DNA from: an uncultured cyanobacterium | GTDB lineage: Bacteria > Cyanobacteriota > Cyanobacteriia > Cyanobacteriales > Nostocaceae | Assembly (NCBI GenBank): GCA_963740315.1 | Contig: CAVUDP010000002.1 | Span: forward strand, 1,856,001-1,920,000 | DNA: 64,000 bases | Reading direction: 5' to 3' | Shown: piece by piece, positions 1 to 9,828 of the stretch | Layout: each line of letters begins with the position of its first letter | Numbering within the stretch: the stretch's first letter is position 1 | Translations under genes and position numbers: made by a program | The notes under the pieces: model-generated | Told to the model about the DNA's origin: nothing | Databases searched by the model: none | Seen by the model: only the letters and a program-made list of their open reading frames with translations

Positions 1-1606
1 CCTGTTGCGCTCGCTTAGTATATCTCCGCGCTTGATTGGCTAAACGCATTCCTTCTTCAGTGAAGTCTTGTTCGCTGAGGATTTCTGCCCATCGTGAAGC
101 CCAACATAAAGCGGAATACCACAAAGCATTAATTTCTACTGGCTTACCCCGACGAGGTGTAACGGGTACGCCTTCGACTACCGCATCCATCCAAGTTAGA
201 GCTACACCAGGAGCATCCCAACTCACTAAACCATCAGTAGAATCCACATTTATTTTGTAATTAGTACCACCCACAAATGCCTTATAAATTTGCCGTACCA
301 CAGGATACTGTTCCGCTAAAAAATCCCAATCTTGGGTAGCTTCCAAATAAATTCCCAGAGTTTCAATCCACCACAATGTTGCGTCTATGCTGTTGTAACT
401 TGGTTCAACACCAGCATCGGGAAAAGCATTAGGAATCAATCCTTGACGGCAGTAATGTCCAAAAGTCCGTAAAATTCCTTTAGCTATATCGAAGCGCTGC
501 GGTACGATCGCCAAACCCGGTAAAGCAATCAAAGTATCCCTTCCCCAGTCATTAAACCAGTGGTACCCAGCAATCACCGTCGGACCAGAAATTGAAGCTC
601 GATAAACTATAAACCGATCGCCCGCACGTAGTAGTTTTTGCCAGATTACAGCTTTTGGAGGCAGCGGGGAAGAAGAGATGGGGGGATGGGGGGATGGGGA
701 GAGGGGGAGAGAGGGGGAAGAATATTCTATTTCTCCTTGTTTCCCTGTGTCAACTTCCATTTCCCATCCAAAGATTTGCGATAACCTTTTTTCCTCCGCT
801 AAAACTTCTCGATTAAAGGTTTCGCAATTAAGAGCAATGTTTGATTCCGAGGGAAAACCTACCTGTGCCTCTATTGTTACCGTATCTCCCGGTTCAAGAA
901 CAACACTTAAGTAACCGGGACTGTAAAGGTCTTCTCGATCGCCCAATCCTCGCCGAGTTTCTTCTTGTAAACCGTAATTCAAGTACCAAATACCGCTCGA
1001 TTGATACGTACCTTTACTCCACCGCAAATGCCAAGGCGTACCAAATTCCTCTTGTTTTTTCGCTTGCAAACAAAGTCGTCCTTTTTCAAGCGATTGCGAA
1101 AACTCTAATATATAATTTTCTTTTTGCTGATGATGAAAATCGCGATCGCCAATCAGCAGCCGCAGTCTTAAAACAGCAGTATCTTTTCCTTGATAGCGGT
1201 ACTGAATTAATACGCGATGAGATTGGGTTTGGTTTGTAGGTATTTTGCCACTCTCTTGTACCTTCGCTTCCAATCCATAAGGCATTACTATTTGTCTGCT
1301 CAATTGCCAGTCTCGATCGCCCCAAATCCATGTTGGAACTGGGTTAAGATCGAACTTTTGTAGCAACTTATAGCCTTGTGGTTCAATTTGACCGCTAGCC
1401 CAAAAATTACTCCCTAATGCCGTTACTCCATAAGGTAGTTCTAAGCTGGCTTCTAAATGCGACATTAACAAAGTACGCCCGGAAGGCGGGCTTGTCGCAG
1501 CAAATAACCAACCGTGGTAAGTACGAGTACGGATATCCGTTACCGTACCGCTTGCAAAACTTCCCAACCCATTAGTCAACAACCATTCTCGAATATTTAA
1601 TCCCAT
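1..1606 (-). CDS. Glycogen debranching enzyme / amylo-alpha-1,6-glucosidase (runs off the window at its 3' end)
   Basis: Not in the ORF track; translated by hand. ATG at 1606 gives MGLNIREWLLTNGLGSFASGT, and the same frame gives IAGYHWFNDWGRDTL near 530-575 and later TWMDA. These are typical GDE_N/GDE_C motifs. Confidence 0.9.
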   Translation of the reverse strand, partial: MGLNIREWLLTNGLGSFASGTVTDIRTRTYHGWLFAATSPPSGRTLLMSHLEASLELPYGVTALGSNFWASGQIEPQGYKLLQKFDLNPVPTWIWGDRDWQLSRQIVMPYGLEAKVQESGKIPTNQTQSHRVLIQYRYQGKDTAVLRLRLLIGDRDFHHQQKENYILEFSQSLEKGRLCLQAKKQEEFGTPWHLRWSKGTYQSSGIWYLNYGLQEETRRGLGDREDLYSPGYLSVVLEPGDTVTIEAQVGFPSESNIALNCETFNREVLAEEKRLSQIFGWEMEVDTGKQGEIEYSSPSLPLSPSPHPPISSSPLPPKAVIWQKLLRAGDRFIVYRASISGPTVIAGYHWFNDWGRDTLIALPGLAIVPQRFDIAKGILRTFGHYCRQGLIPNAFPDAGVEPSYNSIDATLWWIETLGIYLEATQDWDFLAEQYPVVRQIYKAFVGGTNYKINVDSTDGLVSWDAPGVALTWMDAVVEGVPVTPRRGKPVEINALWYSALCWASRWAEILSEQDFTEEGMRLANQARRYTKRAQQ

Positions 1607-1747
1607 TTCCTACTCAAAATCGTTATGAGTATGATATTATTTTTAACAGTTCGTAATAAAATAATCAAAGTGTCTGTCCGCTGAATTTTAGAAAAAGCAG
1701 CATTAGTGACACTTTTCAAGAATATAGCTTCAAGGAGAATTAGTATA

Positions 1748-2359
1748 ATGCCTCTTACCTATTCATCAGAAGGATGCCTGCGTGTAGGACAACAGGCTCC
1801 AGATTTTACAGCTACAGCCGTAGTAGATCAAGAATTTAAAACAGTCAAACTTTCCGACTATCGCGGTAAGTATACTGTTTTATTTTTCTATCCTTTAGAC
1901 TTTACCTTTGTTTGTCCTACTGAGATTACAGCCTTTAGCGACAGTTACGAACAATTTAAAAAGCTTAACACTGAAATACTTGGTGTTTCAGTTGATAGCG
2001 AGTTTTCCCACTTAGCGTGGATTCAAACAGACCGTAAAGCGGGTGGAGTGGGGGATTTGAATTACCCATTAGTATCCGATATTAAGAAAGAAGTTAGTGC
2101 TGCTTACAACGTGTTAGACCCAGAAGCGGGGGTTGCCTTGCGCGGTTTGTTCATTATAGACAAGGATGGTGTAATTCAGCACGCTACCATCAACAACTTG
2201 TCCTTTGGTCGTAGCGTAGAGGAAACACTACGGACATTGCAAGCTATTCAATACGTCCAGTCTCACCCCGATGAAGTTTGTCCTGCGGGTTGGCAACCCG
2301 GCGATCAAACCATGAACCCCGATCCCGTGAAGTCTAAAGTATATTTCTCGGCAATTTAG
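1748..2359 (+). CDS. 2-Cys peroxiredoxin (AhpC/Prx1)
   Basis: FTFVCPTEI and EVCPAGW motifs. Start moved to ATG 1748, which follows an AGGAGA RBS. Confidence 0.95.
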   Translation: MPLTYSSEGCLRVGQQAPDFTATAVVDQEFKTVKLSDYRGKYTVLFFYPLDFTFVCPTEITAFSDSYEQFKKLNTEILGVSVDSEFSHLAWIQTDRKAGGVGDLNYPLVSDIKKEVSAAYNVLDPEAGVALRGLFIIDKDGVIQHATINNLSFGRSVEETLRTLQAIQYVQSHPDEVCPAGWQPGDQTMNPDPVKSKVYFSAI

Positions 2360-2571
2360 ATGCCATTTTTTGATTAAAGTGTGGTTAATGGCGAATTTAT
2401 GCCGTTAGCCAAACTTTAATTAACTTATGGAATTAAAAAATAAGTATTTCAGACGATCTAGAAATAAATCTAAAGATATACACAGATAAAAGCGGATAAA
2501 GATTAAATGGAATTAGAATCCGCTTCTATCTGTATTTTTATTGCCATTTTTTCAGGCTATAAGTATTAAAA

Positions 2572-3120
2572 ATGTTGACTTCAACTGATTTCACCGGCTT
2601 ACTTAACGAGCGTTTTTTCCAAAACTTTTTACCAATACCCGCAGCAAATAGTCTGCAATTGGGACAGTTAACACCTCAATTTCAACTTCCTGATATAACT
2701 AATGGAAGTTTAGTTAAATTATCTGATTACAGAGATAAGCAACCCGTACTTTTGGCGTTGACTCGAATTTTCACTGAAAAACAATATTGCCCCTTTTGTT
2801 TTCCTCATATCAAAGCTTTGAATGAAAATTACGAGCAATTCAAGAATCGAGGTATAGAAGTTTTAATGATTACCAGCACGGACGAACGCCAAAGTCAAAT
2901 AGTTGTAAAAGATTTGAAATTGAAAATGCCGTTATTGAGCGATCCTAGCTGTAACGTATTTCGTAACTATGGAGTTGGACAAGCATTAGGTGCGCCGTTA
3001 CCCGCACAGTATATTTTAGATAAACAGGGGAAACTGATTTATAAGCATTTGTTTTCTTTTTTAGACCACAATGCCAGCATTGAAACACTGCTTTCTTGTA
3101 TTGATTCCAATTTAAAGTAG
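2572..3120 (+). CDS. AhpC/TSA-family peroxiredoxin-like protein
   Basis: PQFQLPD..G..VKLSDY, CPFC motif and PAQYILDKQG; co-oriented with the Prx gene. Confidence 0.8.
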   Translation: MLTSTDFTGLLNERFFQNFLPIPAANSLQLGQLTPQFQLPDITNGSLVKLSDYRDKQPVLLALTRIFTEKQYCPFCFPHIKALNENYEQFKNRGIEVLMITSTDERQSQIVVKDLKLKMPLLSDPSCNVFRNYGVGQALGAPLPAQYILDKQGKLIYKHLFSFLDHNASIETLLSCIDSNLK

Positions 3121-3132
3121 TCGATCGTGTTT

Positions 3133-3165
3133 AAAAACCCGGTGTCTTGGACAAACCGGGTTTTT
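3133..3165. terminator. Hairpin between convergent genes (AAACCCGG...CCGGGTTT repeat family)
   Basis: AAAAACCCGG-loop-CCGGGTTTTT with A/T tails on both sides; related copies near 17575-17620 and 36280-36311. Confidence 0.55.
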
Positions 3166-3213
3166 GTAATTTTTAAAATTAGTATGAGTCTCTTTTATTA
3201 TTCTAAAAAAGAG

Positions 3214-4212
3214 TTAAAATCTGAACTGCTGTAAATTAGTGCGGGGATGGAAGGTACGAATATCTCGGATTTTTTCATAATATTCCCGTTCTTGCTGGCT
3301 GATATCTTTAGGTGTGGCGATCGCAATCTTTACAAATTGATCGCCTTGTTCGCCGTTACGATTGCGCCAACCTTTACCGCGTAACCGTAACGTTTGCCCC
3401 GCACGCACTCCGGCTGGAAGTTTGACATCAACCATACCGTCGGGTGTCGGTACCTCAATTGTTGCTCCCAATACTGCCTCATCGGGAGTAATCGGTACTT
3501 CACATAGCAAATTGTCGCCATCAAATTTAAAAAACGGGTGATTTCCAAGTTCAACTACCAGATATAAATCGCCACGTTTTTGGTTTAAGGGGCTAACTGG
3601 TCCTTTTCCTTTTACTCTCAATCGACTACCGGGTTTTGCTCCAGCAGGAATGCGAACATCAATAGTTTCAGTACCCAAATTAAAGCGCTTTTGTACGCCA
3701 TTAAAAGCTTCTTTAAAAGTTAAAGTAATCGTCGCTTCACTATCTTGAGCGGCACCTCCACTCCTATCTTGGAAACCACCAAAGTCACTAAATCCACCGA
3801 AACCACCCGCACCACCAGGTGAAGTCCGATAAGAATAGCTTTGTCTTCCTCCAGGGTTTCCACCAGCAAACTTTCCTAATAATTCATTAATAAAATCATC
3901 AAAGCTACTATACTGCCCGAAATCAAAACCATTCATATCTACACCAGCACCACCACCACCGGGGAAGCCTTGTCCAACTTGCTTCCAATATTGACCAAAC
4001 TGGTCGTACTTTTGACGCTTTTCGGGATCTGATAATACTTCGTATGCTTCGTTAACTTCTTTAAAACGTCCCTCAGCTTCCTTGTTACCTTGGTTCACGT
4101 CAGGATGATATTGACGAGCTAATTTACGAAAAGCTTTTTTAATATCTTCTTGAGTAGCGCTTTTATTTACTCCCAAAATCTGATAATAGTCTTTGAAGTC
4201 GGTTGCAGCCAT
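3214..4212 (-). CDS. DnaJ class II / CbpA-like co-chaperone
   Basis: J domain with HPD, G/F-rich linker and DnaJ_C domain; no zinc finger. Confidence 0.93.
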   Translation of the reverse strand: MAATDFKDYYQILGVNKSATQEDIKKAFRKLARQYHPDVNQGNKEAEGRFKEVNEAYEVLSDPEKRQKYDQFGQYWKQVGQGFPGGGGAGVDMNGFDFGQYSSFDDFINELLGKFAGGNPGGRQSYSYRTSPGGAGGFGGFSDFGGFQDRSGGAAQDSEATITLTFKEAFNGVQKRFNLGTETIDVRIPAGAKPGSRLRVKGKGPVSPLNQKRGDLYLVVELGNHPFFKFDGDNLLCEVPITPDEAVLGATIEVPTPDGMVDVKLPAGVRAGQTLRLRGKGWRNRNGEQGDQFVKIAIATPKDISQQEREYYEKIRDIRTFHPRTNLQQFRF

Positions 4213-4417
4213 CTACTAGCCTCCTTTATAAAATTTACTTTATATTTTTTCCATACATTAATTGAGTCAATGCACCGCGCCAACTATAATTGCGGACATT
4301 CTGACTCTCATTTTAAATTAACAAATATTAAATAATTACCAGGTGCGGTTCTTGCTCACAGATGCAGGGAAATTTCCGTACCGTGCAGGGAAAAAAGAAA
4401 TCCTAGATAAGATAATA

Positions 4418-4514
4418 AGACTTACGTACTTTCAACGATAAATTAGATATTTGAAACTAAAAGGTATGTATTACTTCTAAGTGCAAATAAATCGATTGAA
4501 AAGTACGTAAGTCC
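4418..4514. mobile_element. MITE-like inverted-repeat element (GACTTACG...CGTAAGTC ends)
   Basis: GACTTACGTACTTTCAA ... TTGAAAAGTACGTAAGTC; a related end (TGCGTAAGTCCT) lies near 41203-41214. Confidence 0.5.
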
Positions 4515-4592
4515 AGTTATTCGATCGCAATTAGTTGTTAGATATACTAACTACTTTTATGCTATCCAAATTTACGTCTGAGTAATTCTTGA

Positions 4593-5882
4593 CTAAATGA
4601 TTGTTTTGTCGGCGATCGTCGCATTCTTAATTATGACTACAATACCGCTGCGGATATAAAAACCTTGGTCTTCGCGATCGGCTTCTTGAACACCATCTTT
4701 GTTGATAATTTGCACGTCGCACCCTATGCAGGCATTTTTGTCAACGATGGCGCGGCGAATAGTAGTGTTAGCTCCTATACCCAAACTTGCTGGACCATCG
4801 CTACAGTCGGACTGACGTTCGGCATAAGGCTGGTAAAAATCCGATCCCATAATTAAGGTATCTTCAATATTGCATCCAGACTCAACGCGCGTTCGTACTC
4901 CTAAAACCGAGTTTACAATCCGGCAATCTTTGAGAATACAGCCTTCTCCAATCATCGATTGTGATATTTGACAATTTAATAATTTTGTCGGAGGTAGGTA
5001 ACGAGAACGGGTGTAAATCGGCGCTTCTTCATCGTAGAAGCTAAAAGATGGGTGGGGTTGCTGGGTTAATGCCAGATTTGAGTTGTAAAACGCTTCAATG
5101 GTTCCAATATCTTCCCAATAGTCATCGAACAAGTAAGCTTGAATGTTGTAACTATCCAATGCACCAGGAAGAATTTCCTTACCGAAATCGGTTTGGTCTT
5201 TTGATTGTTTTAGCAAGTCGAGTAAAACTTGTTTCTTAAAGACGTAAATCCCCATTGAGGCGATGTACGGCTTTTCTTTAGCTTGGTCTGCATCCAAGCC
5301 AAGTACAGTTGTATCAACAGCCATTTCCTTTAAAGCTTCACCTTTGGGTTTTTCGCTGAAGCTCACAACCTTACCATTATCGTCAATTTTTATTAAGCCA
5401 AAGTCGGAAGCGCCACGTTCATCCATAGGAACCACTGATAAAGTCACATCAGCTCCGGTTTCCCGATGGCGTTCGACGAAGTGACGGTAGTCCATGCGAT
5501 AGAGATGGTCGCCTGATAAAATCAGATACTCATCGATATCCCATTCTTCAAAAAGCCACTGATACTGACGCACCGCATCGGCAGTACCTTGGAACCAGCT
5601 TGAACTGTTTGGGGTTTTCTGTGGGGCGAGAACTTCTACGAAACCCTCAGTAAAACCAGCAAAGCTATAAGCACGGGCAAGGTGACGGTTCAAGGAAGCC
5701 GAGTTGAACTGCGTCAACACGTAAATTTTAAATATTTCTGAATTTATACAGTTACTAACCGGAATATCTATTAAGCGATATTTACCGGCTAATGGAACCG
5801 CTGGTTTAGCACGAAACTTCGTTAACGGATAAAGACGGGTACCCGCACCCCCACCGAGAATAATACCTAAAACTTTTTTCAT
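4593..5882 (-). CDS. glgC: Glucose-1-phosphate adenylyltransferase
   Basis: [38 protein letters not shown] and ASMGIYVF motifs; start set at ATG 5882. Confidence 0.97.
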   Translation of the reverse strand: MKKVLGIILGGGAGTRLYPLTKFRAKPAVPLAGKYRLIDIPVSNCINSEIFKIYVLTQFNSASLNRHLARAYSFAGFTEGFVEVLAPQKTPNSSSWFQGTADAVRQYQWLFEEWDIDEYLILSGDHLYRMDYRHFVERHRETGADVTLSVVPMDERGASDFGLIKIDDNGKVVSFSEKPKGEALKEMAVDTTVLGLDADQAKEKPYIASMGIYVFKKQVLLDLLKQSKDQTDFGKEILPGALDSYNIQAYLFDDYWEDIGTIEAFYNSNLALTQQPHPSFSFYDEEAPIYTRSRYLPPTKLLNCQISQSMIGEGCILKDCRIVNSVLGVRTRVESGCNIEDTLIMGSDFYQPYAERQSDCSDGPASLGIGANTTIRRAIVDKNACIGCDVQIINKDGVQEADREDQGFYIRSGIVVIIKNATIADKTII

Positions 5883-6084
5883 TTTATTTCTCCAAACTGC
5901 CGATCTGCTCTCACTAATCAGTTTATGACTGAGTGTGACAGCTCGCACAGGGAAAATCAAAGATTAAGTTAAGTTAATGAGAACACTATTATTGTAGTGA
6001 AAAATAATACTTTCAATAACTTTAGGATTATTATAATGTATCAATTAATATTAGTAATTATCAACGAACTACACTTTTACTATC

Positions 6085-6360
6085 TTAATCCCCACTAACC
6101 AAAAGCAATCGCTGAGAAAGTTTCAGATATTGCACCCAAGGCTGCTCCGAAAGCTGAGAGATTGCATTTGGCGATAATGTTGCTGTCAACACATCTTTTC
6201 CATCCGCGATACCACTGACACCAAAACTCTCTAAAAGAGCAGTTGCCCCAGAATTTAGATCGGATTCAGTATGAATAAAAACTACTAAACTAGGTTTTGA
6301 TGAGTCTTTAATTTCTTTAAGTGCCAATATAAGAGCGATATCTAGCTTAGAAAAGTTCAT
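6085..6360 (-). CDS. Small protein homologous to the prodomain of the adjacent subtilase (I9-like inhibitor candidate)
   Basis: From ATG 6360 (MNFSKLDIAL); aligns by eye with the first ~105 aa of the 6551..8293 protein. Confidence 0.7.
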   Translation of the reverse strand: MNFSKLDIALILALKEIKDSSKPSLVVFIHTESDLNSGATALLESFGVSGIADGKDVLTATLSPNAISQLSEQPWVQYLKLSQRLLLVSGD

Positions 6361-6435
6361 ATGTTTAAATGAGCAAGGGGCAGGTAATAGTAATCTTACT
6401 TGCCCCCGTTTCAACCTATCAAGTATAAAGTTACA

Positions 6436-6527
6436 GGTCAAAGGTCAAAGGTTAAAGTTTGAACGTTAAAGGTAAAATTCTCCCCATCCCCCCATCCCCC
6501 CATCCCCCCATCTCCTTGTCTCCCCCG
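6436..6527. repeat. Composite STRR array (AAGGTYA)n-(CCCCCAT)n
   Basis: Heptamer tandem repeats visible between the subtilase and the small gene. Confidence 0.8.
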
Positions 6528-6550
6528 AACCCCATCCTTATTACCAAAAT

Positions 6551-8293
6551 TTAGAGATTTTCTGCGTCAATTAATCCAAATCCCCATTTATTATCAAATG
6601 TTCCTTTTTCTTTTCCAGGAATAGAACAATTTTTGTATAGCAGTTCTTTCAATGCTTCGGGATCGAGTTTGGGGTTGCGCTGTAATAGTAATGCGATTAA
6701 GCCGGTAACGAAAGGTGTTGCCATACTGGTACCTGCTAACGCTACAAACTTGGAGTTAATAACCATCGAACGATCTAAATCGGCATCGCTAGAAAGGGCT
6801 GAAACTATCATTGCCCCCGGTGCAGCAATATCTGGTTTGCGATCGCCATTTCTTAATGGTCCTTCGCTGCTAAACTCTGAAATAGTATCTAACTCTAAGC
6901 CCATTTGCCGCTCTTTACCATCAATATCAGTATATTTAGCTTTTGTAGTATAAGAAGCAACTGTAATAGAACTGCCAGCACATCCAGGGGAACCAATTTT
7001 GACTGAATCAGCGATACTTTTACCTGTAAAAAAGACTGAACTCACGTCATCTAAAGTCCAAACGTCTACACGGGCTTCATTTGAAGATGTATTTCGTAAT
7101 CGCAACTGCCACACACCACCCGGTACAGGCTGATTAAATTGTCCTTCGCCAGTACCGCGAATTTGCACGAAGAAATTATAATCACCGTTCATTGGGTCTT
7201 TACCCGGTGTGACTATTTCTACCCGTGCATCTGACAAATTGTATTCTTGTGCGGGATTATCGTCAGTAATAATTGGTTGGAAAGGGGTAACGAAACCGTT
7301 GGGACTCCGCACAGAAACTTCTAGCTCCGAATCTTTAGAGTACCAACCGTTTAACCATACTATACCTACTTGATTTAACGGTGCAGCAAAACGCATGGTG
7401 TTCATCTCGCCGCTTTTAACAAGGGTTTGACCGTGAATATTGTCGTTACCTTCGTTACCTGCTGCGGTGCAAACAATCCTTCCCGGACCAGTTTGGGCAT
7501 TGATGATTTTAGACAGAGAATCGGTACCATCATGACCATCGGCGTGTCCGCCCAAGCTAAGATTGACTACAGCCGGAAGCCCCATCTCGCTGGCGACTCG
7601 GAAAATATAGCGAACCCCGTCGGCGATGTGAGCATCCTGTAAATCGGTTTTGACAATGATAAATTCTGCTTCTGGGGCAACACCGCAAAATTCTCGATCT
7701 GAACCGCCAGCAATACCCGCAACGTGAGTACCGTGTCCGTTAGTATCAAGAGACATTGCCAGGTATTTGTCTTCTAGCTCGGCACCATATCTACCTTCGG
7801 CAACTCCTTTCCCCGATAATGTTTGATCCCAAACACGTAAAATACGTCCAGAGAAAGCAGGATGTGCCGAATCAATACCGCTATCAATTACACCAATGAC
7901 TACACCCTTACCGCTTAGTTGCGAGTTTTTTTGCTGAAACTGCGGCAATGTGACTTTCCCAGGTGCAACATCCATCCGCCAATGCAGTTTTCGGGATGGC
8001 TTGATACGCTTAATGGCTGGTTCTTCGGATAAACGGTCTAAATTTTCGATAGGTAAAAAAGCGGTTCGTACTTTGCCCCTATTTTGATTGATTATAATAC
8101 CGTACTGTGATAAGTGACTTAAGTCTGCTTCTTCGTCACAGTAAATAAAAACTACGCTACGAATTGGCTTCAAGGCACTTCGGGGAGAAATTATACCAAG
8201 CGAACGCTTGTGAGTTGCTAATGCTGAACCTCCTTCTTTGTGAAAGTCTTCGTAAGCTAATAATATTCCAGGAGAAAGTTTTTCGTGTCTCAT
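6551..8293 (-). CDS. S8 family serine peptidase (subtilase with an inserted domain, CspA-like); no obvious signal peptide
   Basis: Catalytic motifs VIDSGID, GHGTHVAG, AAGNEG and GTSMATP. Confidence 0.93.
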   Translation of the reverse strand: MRHEKLSPGILLAYEDFHKEGGSALATHKRSLGIISPRSALKPIRSVVFIYCDEEADLSHLSQYGIIINQNRGKVRTAFLPIENLDRLSEEPAIKRIKPSRKLHWRMDVAPGKVTLPQFQQKNSQLSGKGVVIGVIDSGIDSAHPAFSGRILRVWDQTLSGKGVAEGRYGAELEDKYLAMSLDTNGHGTHVAGIAGGSDREFCGVAPEAEFIIVKTDLQDAHIADGVRYIFRVASEMGLPAVVNLSLGGHADGHDGTDSLSKIINAQTGPGRIVCTAAGNEGNDNIHGQTLVKSGEMNTMRFAAPLNQVGIVWLNGWYSKDSELEVSVRSPNGFVTPFQPIITDDNPAQEYNLSDARVEIVTPGKDPMNGDYNFFVQIRGTGEGQFNQPVPGGVWQLRLRNTSSNEARVDVWTLDDVSSVFFTGKSIADSVKIGSPGCAGSSITVASYTTKAKYTDIDGKERQMGLELDTISEFSSEGPLRNGDRKPDIAAPGAMIVSALSSDADLDRSMVINSKFVALAGTSMATPFVTGLIALLLQRNPKLDPEALKELLYKNCSIPGKEKGTFDNKWGFGLIDAENL

Positions 8294-8665
8294 ATTAACC
8301 TCTACTTAACTGTAAGTTCTGCAAGATTTTACCAGGATAAGTCGTCTAAATTACATTGCTACAAGTATTTTTTTTACCTTTGATTGCTTGATGAAAGTAT
8401 AGTTATATTTTTCTACAATCAAATTATTTGTTTTGTAGTAATGCATATGATTTGATCGCAGATAACTAATAACTCCTTGACAAGAATCTATTCAAGAAAT
8501 ACACATTTTTATTTGTTGATTACAGATAATCGCATAAAATATAAAATATCGCGATCGCAAATACTTGGCGTGTAAGTATGCCTTTGCTTAGTGCTTTACT
8601 ATGTATGGATGTATCAATGCTGCTCTACAGGGGTTTGAATTATGTACAAAACAACCTATAACCTT

Positions 8666-8694
8666 GCGATCGCCCGCACGGCTGTGCCAATCGC
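8666..8694. mobile_element. 21-nt insertion in a HIP1 site (SDR5-like small dispersed repeat)
   Basis: GCGATCGC followed by CCGCACGGCTGTGCCA-ATCGC, i.e. 21 nt ending in a duplicated ATCGC. Confidence 0.5.
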
Positions 8695-9116
8695 GGTACG
8701 CCATCATATATTGTTGGGGGCAACGCCCGAACTTTAATGGCTTCCAGCTATAGTTGCATTGTCGCGCTATTGTAATATTTTGTAAAAATTAAGCTTTAGT
8801 TAAATTCGTGCTGCAAATAAAAATTGCGCTGAAAATAAAGCGTTCTAAATTTTGCTAGCTAACTTTAAAAATTATAATTATATCTTTAAAGTAGCGTCGG
8901 GATTAATACTGCTAAGTCGCTCAAAAAAGTAATTTTTAATGATTAATAGTCATTTATCTAAAGTTATAGACTTCCGTATTTTCTCTATATACACCAGTAT
9001 AAGTTACTTGTTATACTTTTAATCGACAATTGTAATGAACTTATTTTCGACCTTTCGGCTAGTTTTGCATTTGATACAAGCATAATTCTTAAGCAGAATA
9101 TTTACTTAAGTTATTA

Positions 9117-9269
9117 AAGGATGTTTGGAAATTTATAAATAAAAATTACAGATTTTAATATCCCCAATTATCCCCTTTTAAAAGGGGACTTAAATCCCTC
9201 TTTTCTAAAGGGGGGAAAAAGGGATAATCTGAGAATGGCGTTAAAAACGATATTTTTTAAATATCCTCT
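9117..9269. mobile_element. Degenerate MITE-like element with an internal palindrome
   Basis: Ends AAGGATGTTTGGAAA ... TTTTAAATATCCTCT with TA flanks; internal CCCCTTTTTAAAAGGGG palindrome. Confidence 0.45.
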
Positions 9270-9828
9270 TAGCTCGTGCAAATTTTTTGAAAAATTACGT
9301 TATTTTAACTGTTTATTTGACTTAGATAAGCACATAGAAGAGCCTACCTAATACTAGATTGATATTAGTTGAAGTTAAATGATAGAGTTACTTTTTAAAA
9401 CAGCAAAATATTGATTAATATCGAATATTGCTAATTATCGGGAATAAAATTGAATAATTAATTATTTGTGAGTATAGTTAAACAGGTTAGCGGATAGGTT
9501 GAGGATAAAAGACTCATATTAACTATCTACTTTTTTACAAAACAAATTATATTAATAAGATAAATATGATATTTATTGGTTGATAAATAAAATTAATATA
9601 ATCTTATCGATGCAAACTACAAATAGTTCGTAAAATGGCATAAACTGGGATATAACATTGAGAGAATTACATAATACAAACATTGGGAGTTGATAGAACT
9701 AAATTAGATTTTACTGGACTGAAAATTTCATTTTTTTTAAATCGTAAATATCAAATCTTTATTGCCATTACCAAAGTATCATAATGCTGCTAATGGTTAG
9801 TTAACTTAGCTGCTTGGGAGCTTAACTG

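Noticed and set aside
36..1331. ORFs 36..260, 678..914, 841..1239 and 1086..1331
   Set aside because: All overlap the minus-strand debranching enzyme, which the track missed because its stop lies outside the window.
5883..5960. N-terminal extensions of glgC (also prx, ccmO, ccmM) in the ORF track
   Set aside because: Downstream ATGs match the family N-termini and, for prx and ccmM, have clear RBSs.
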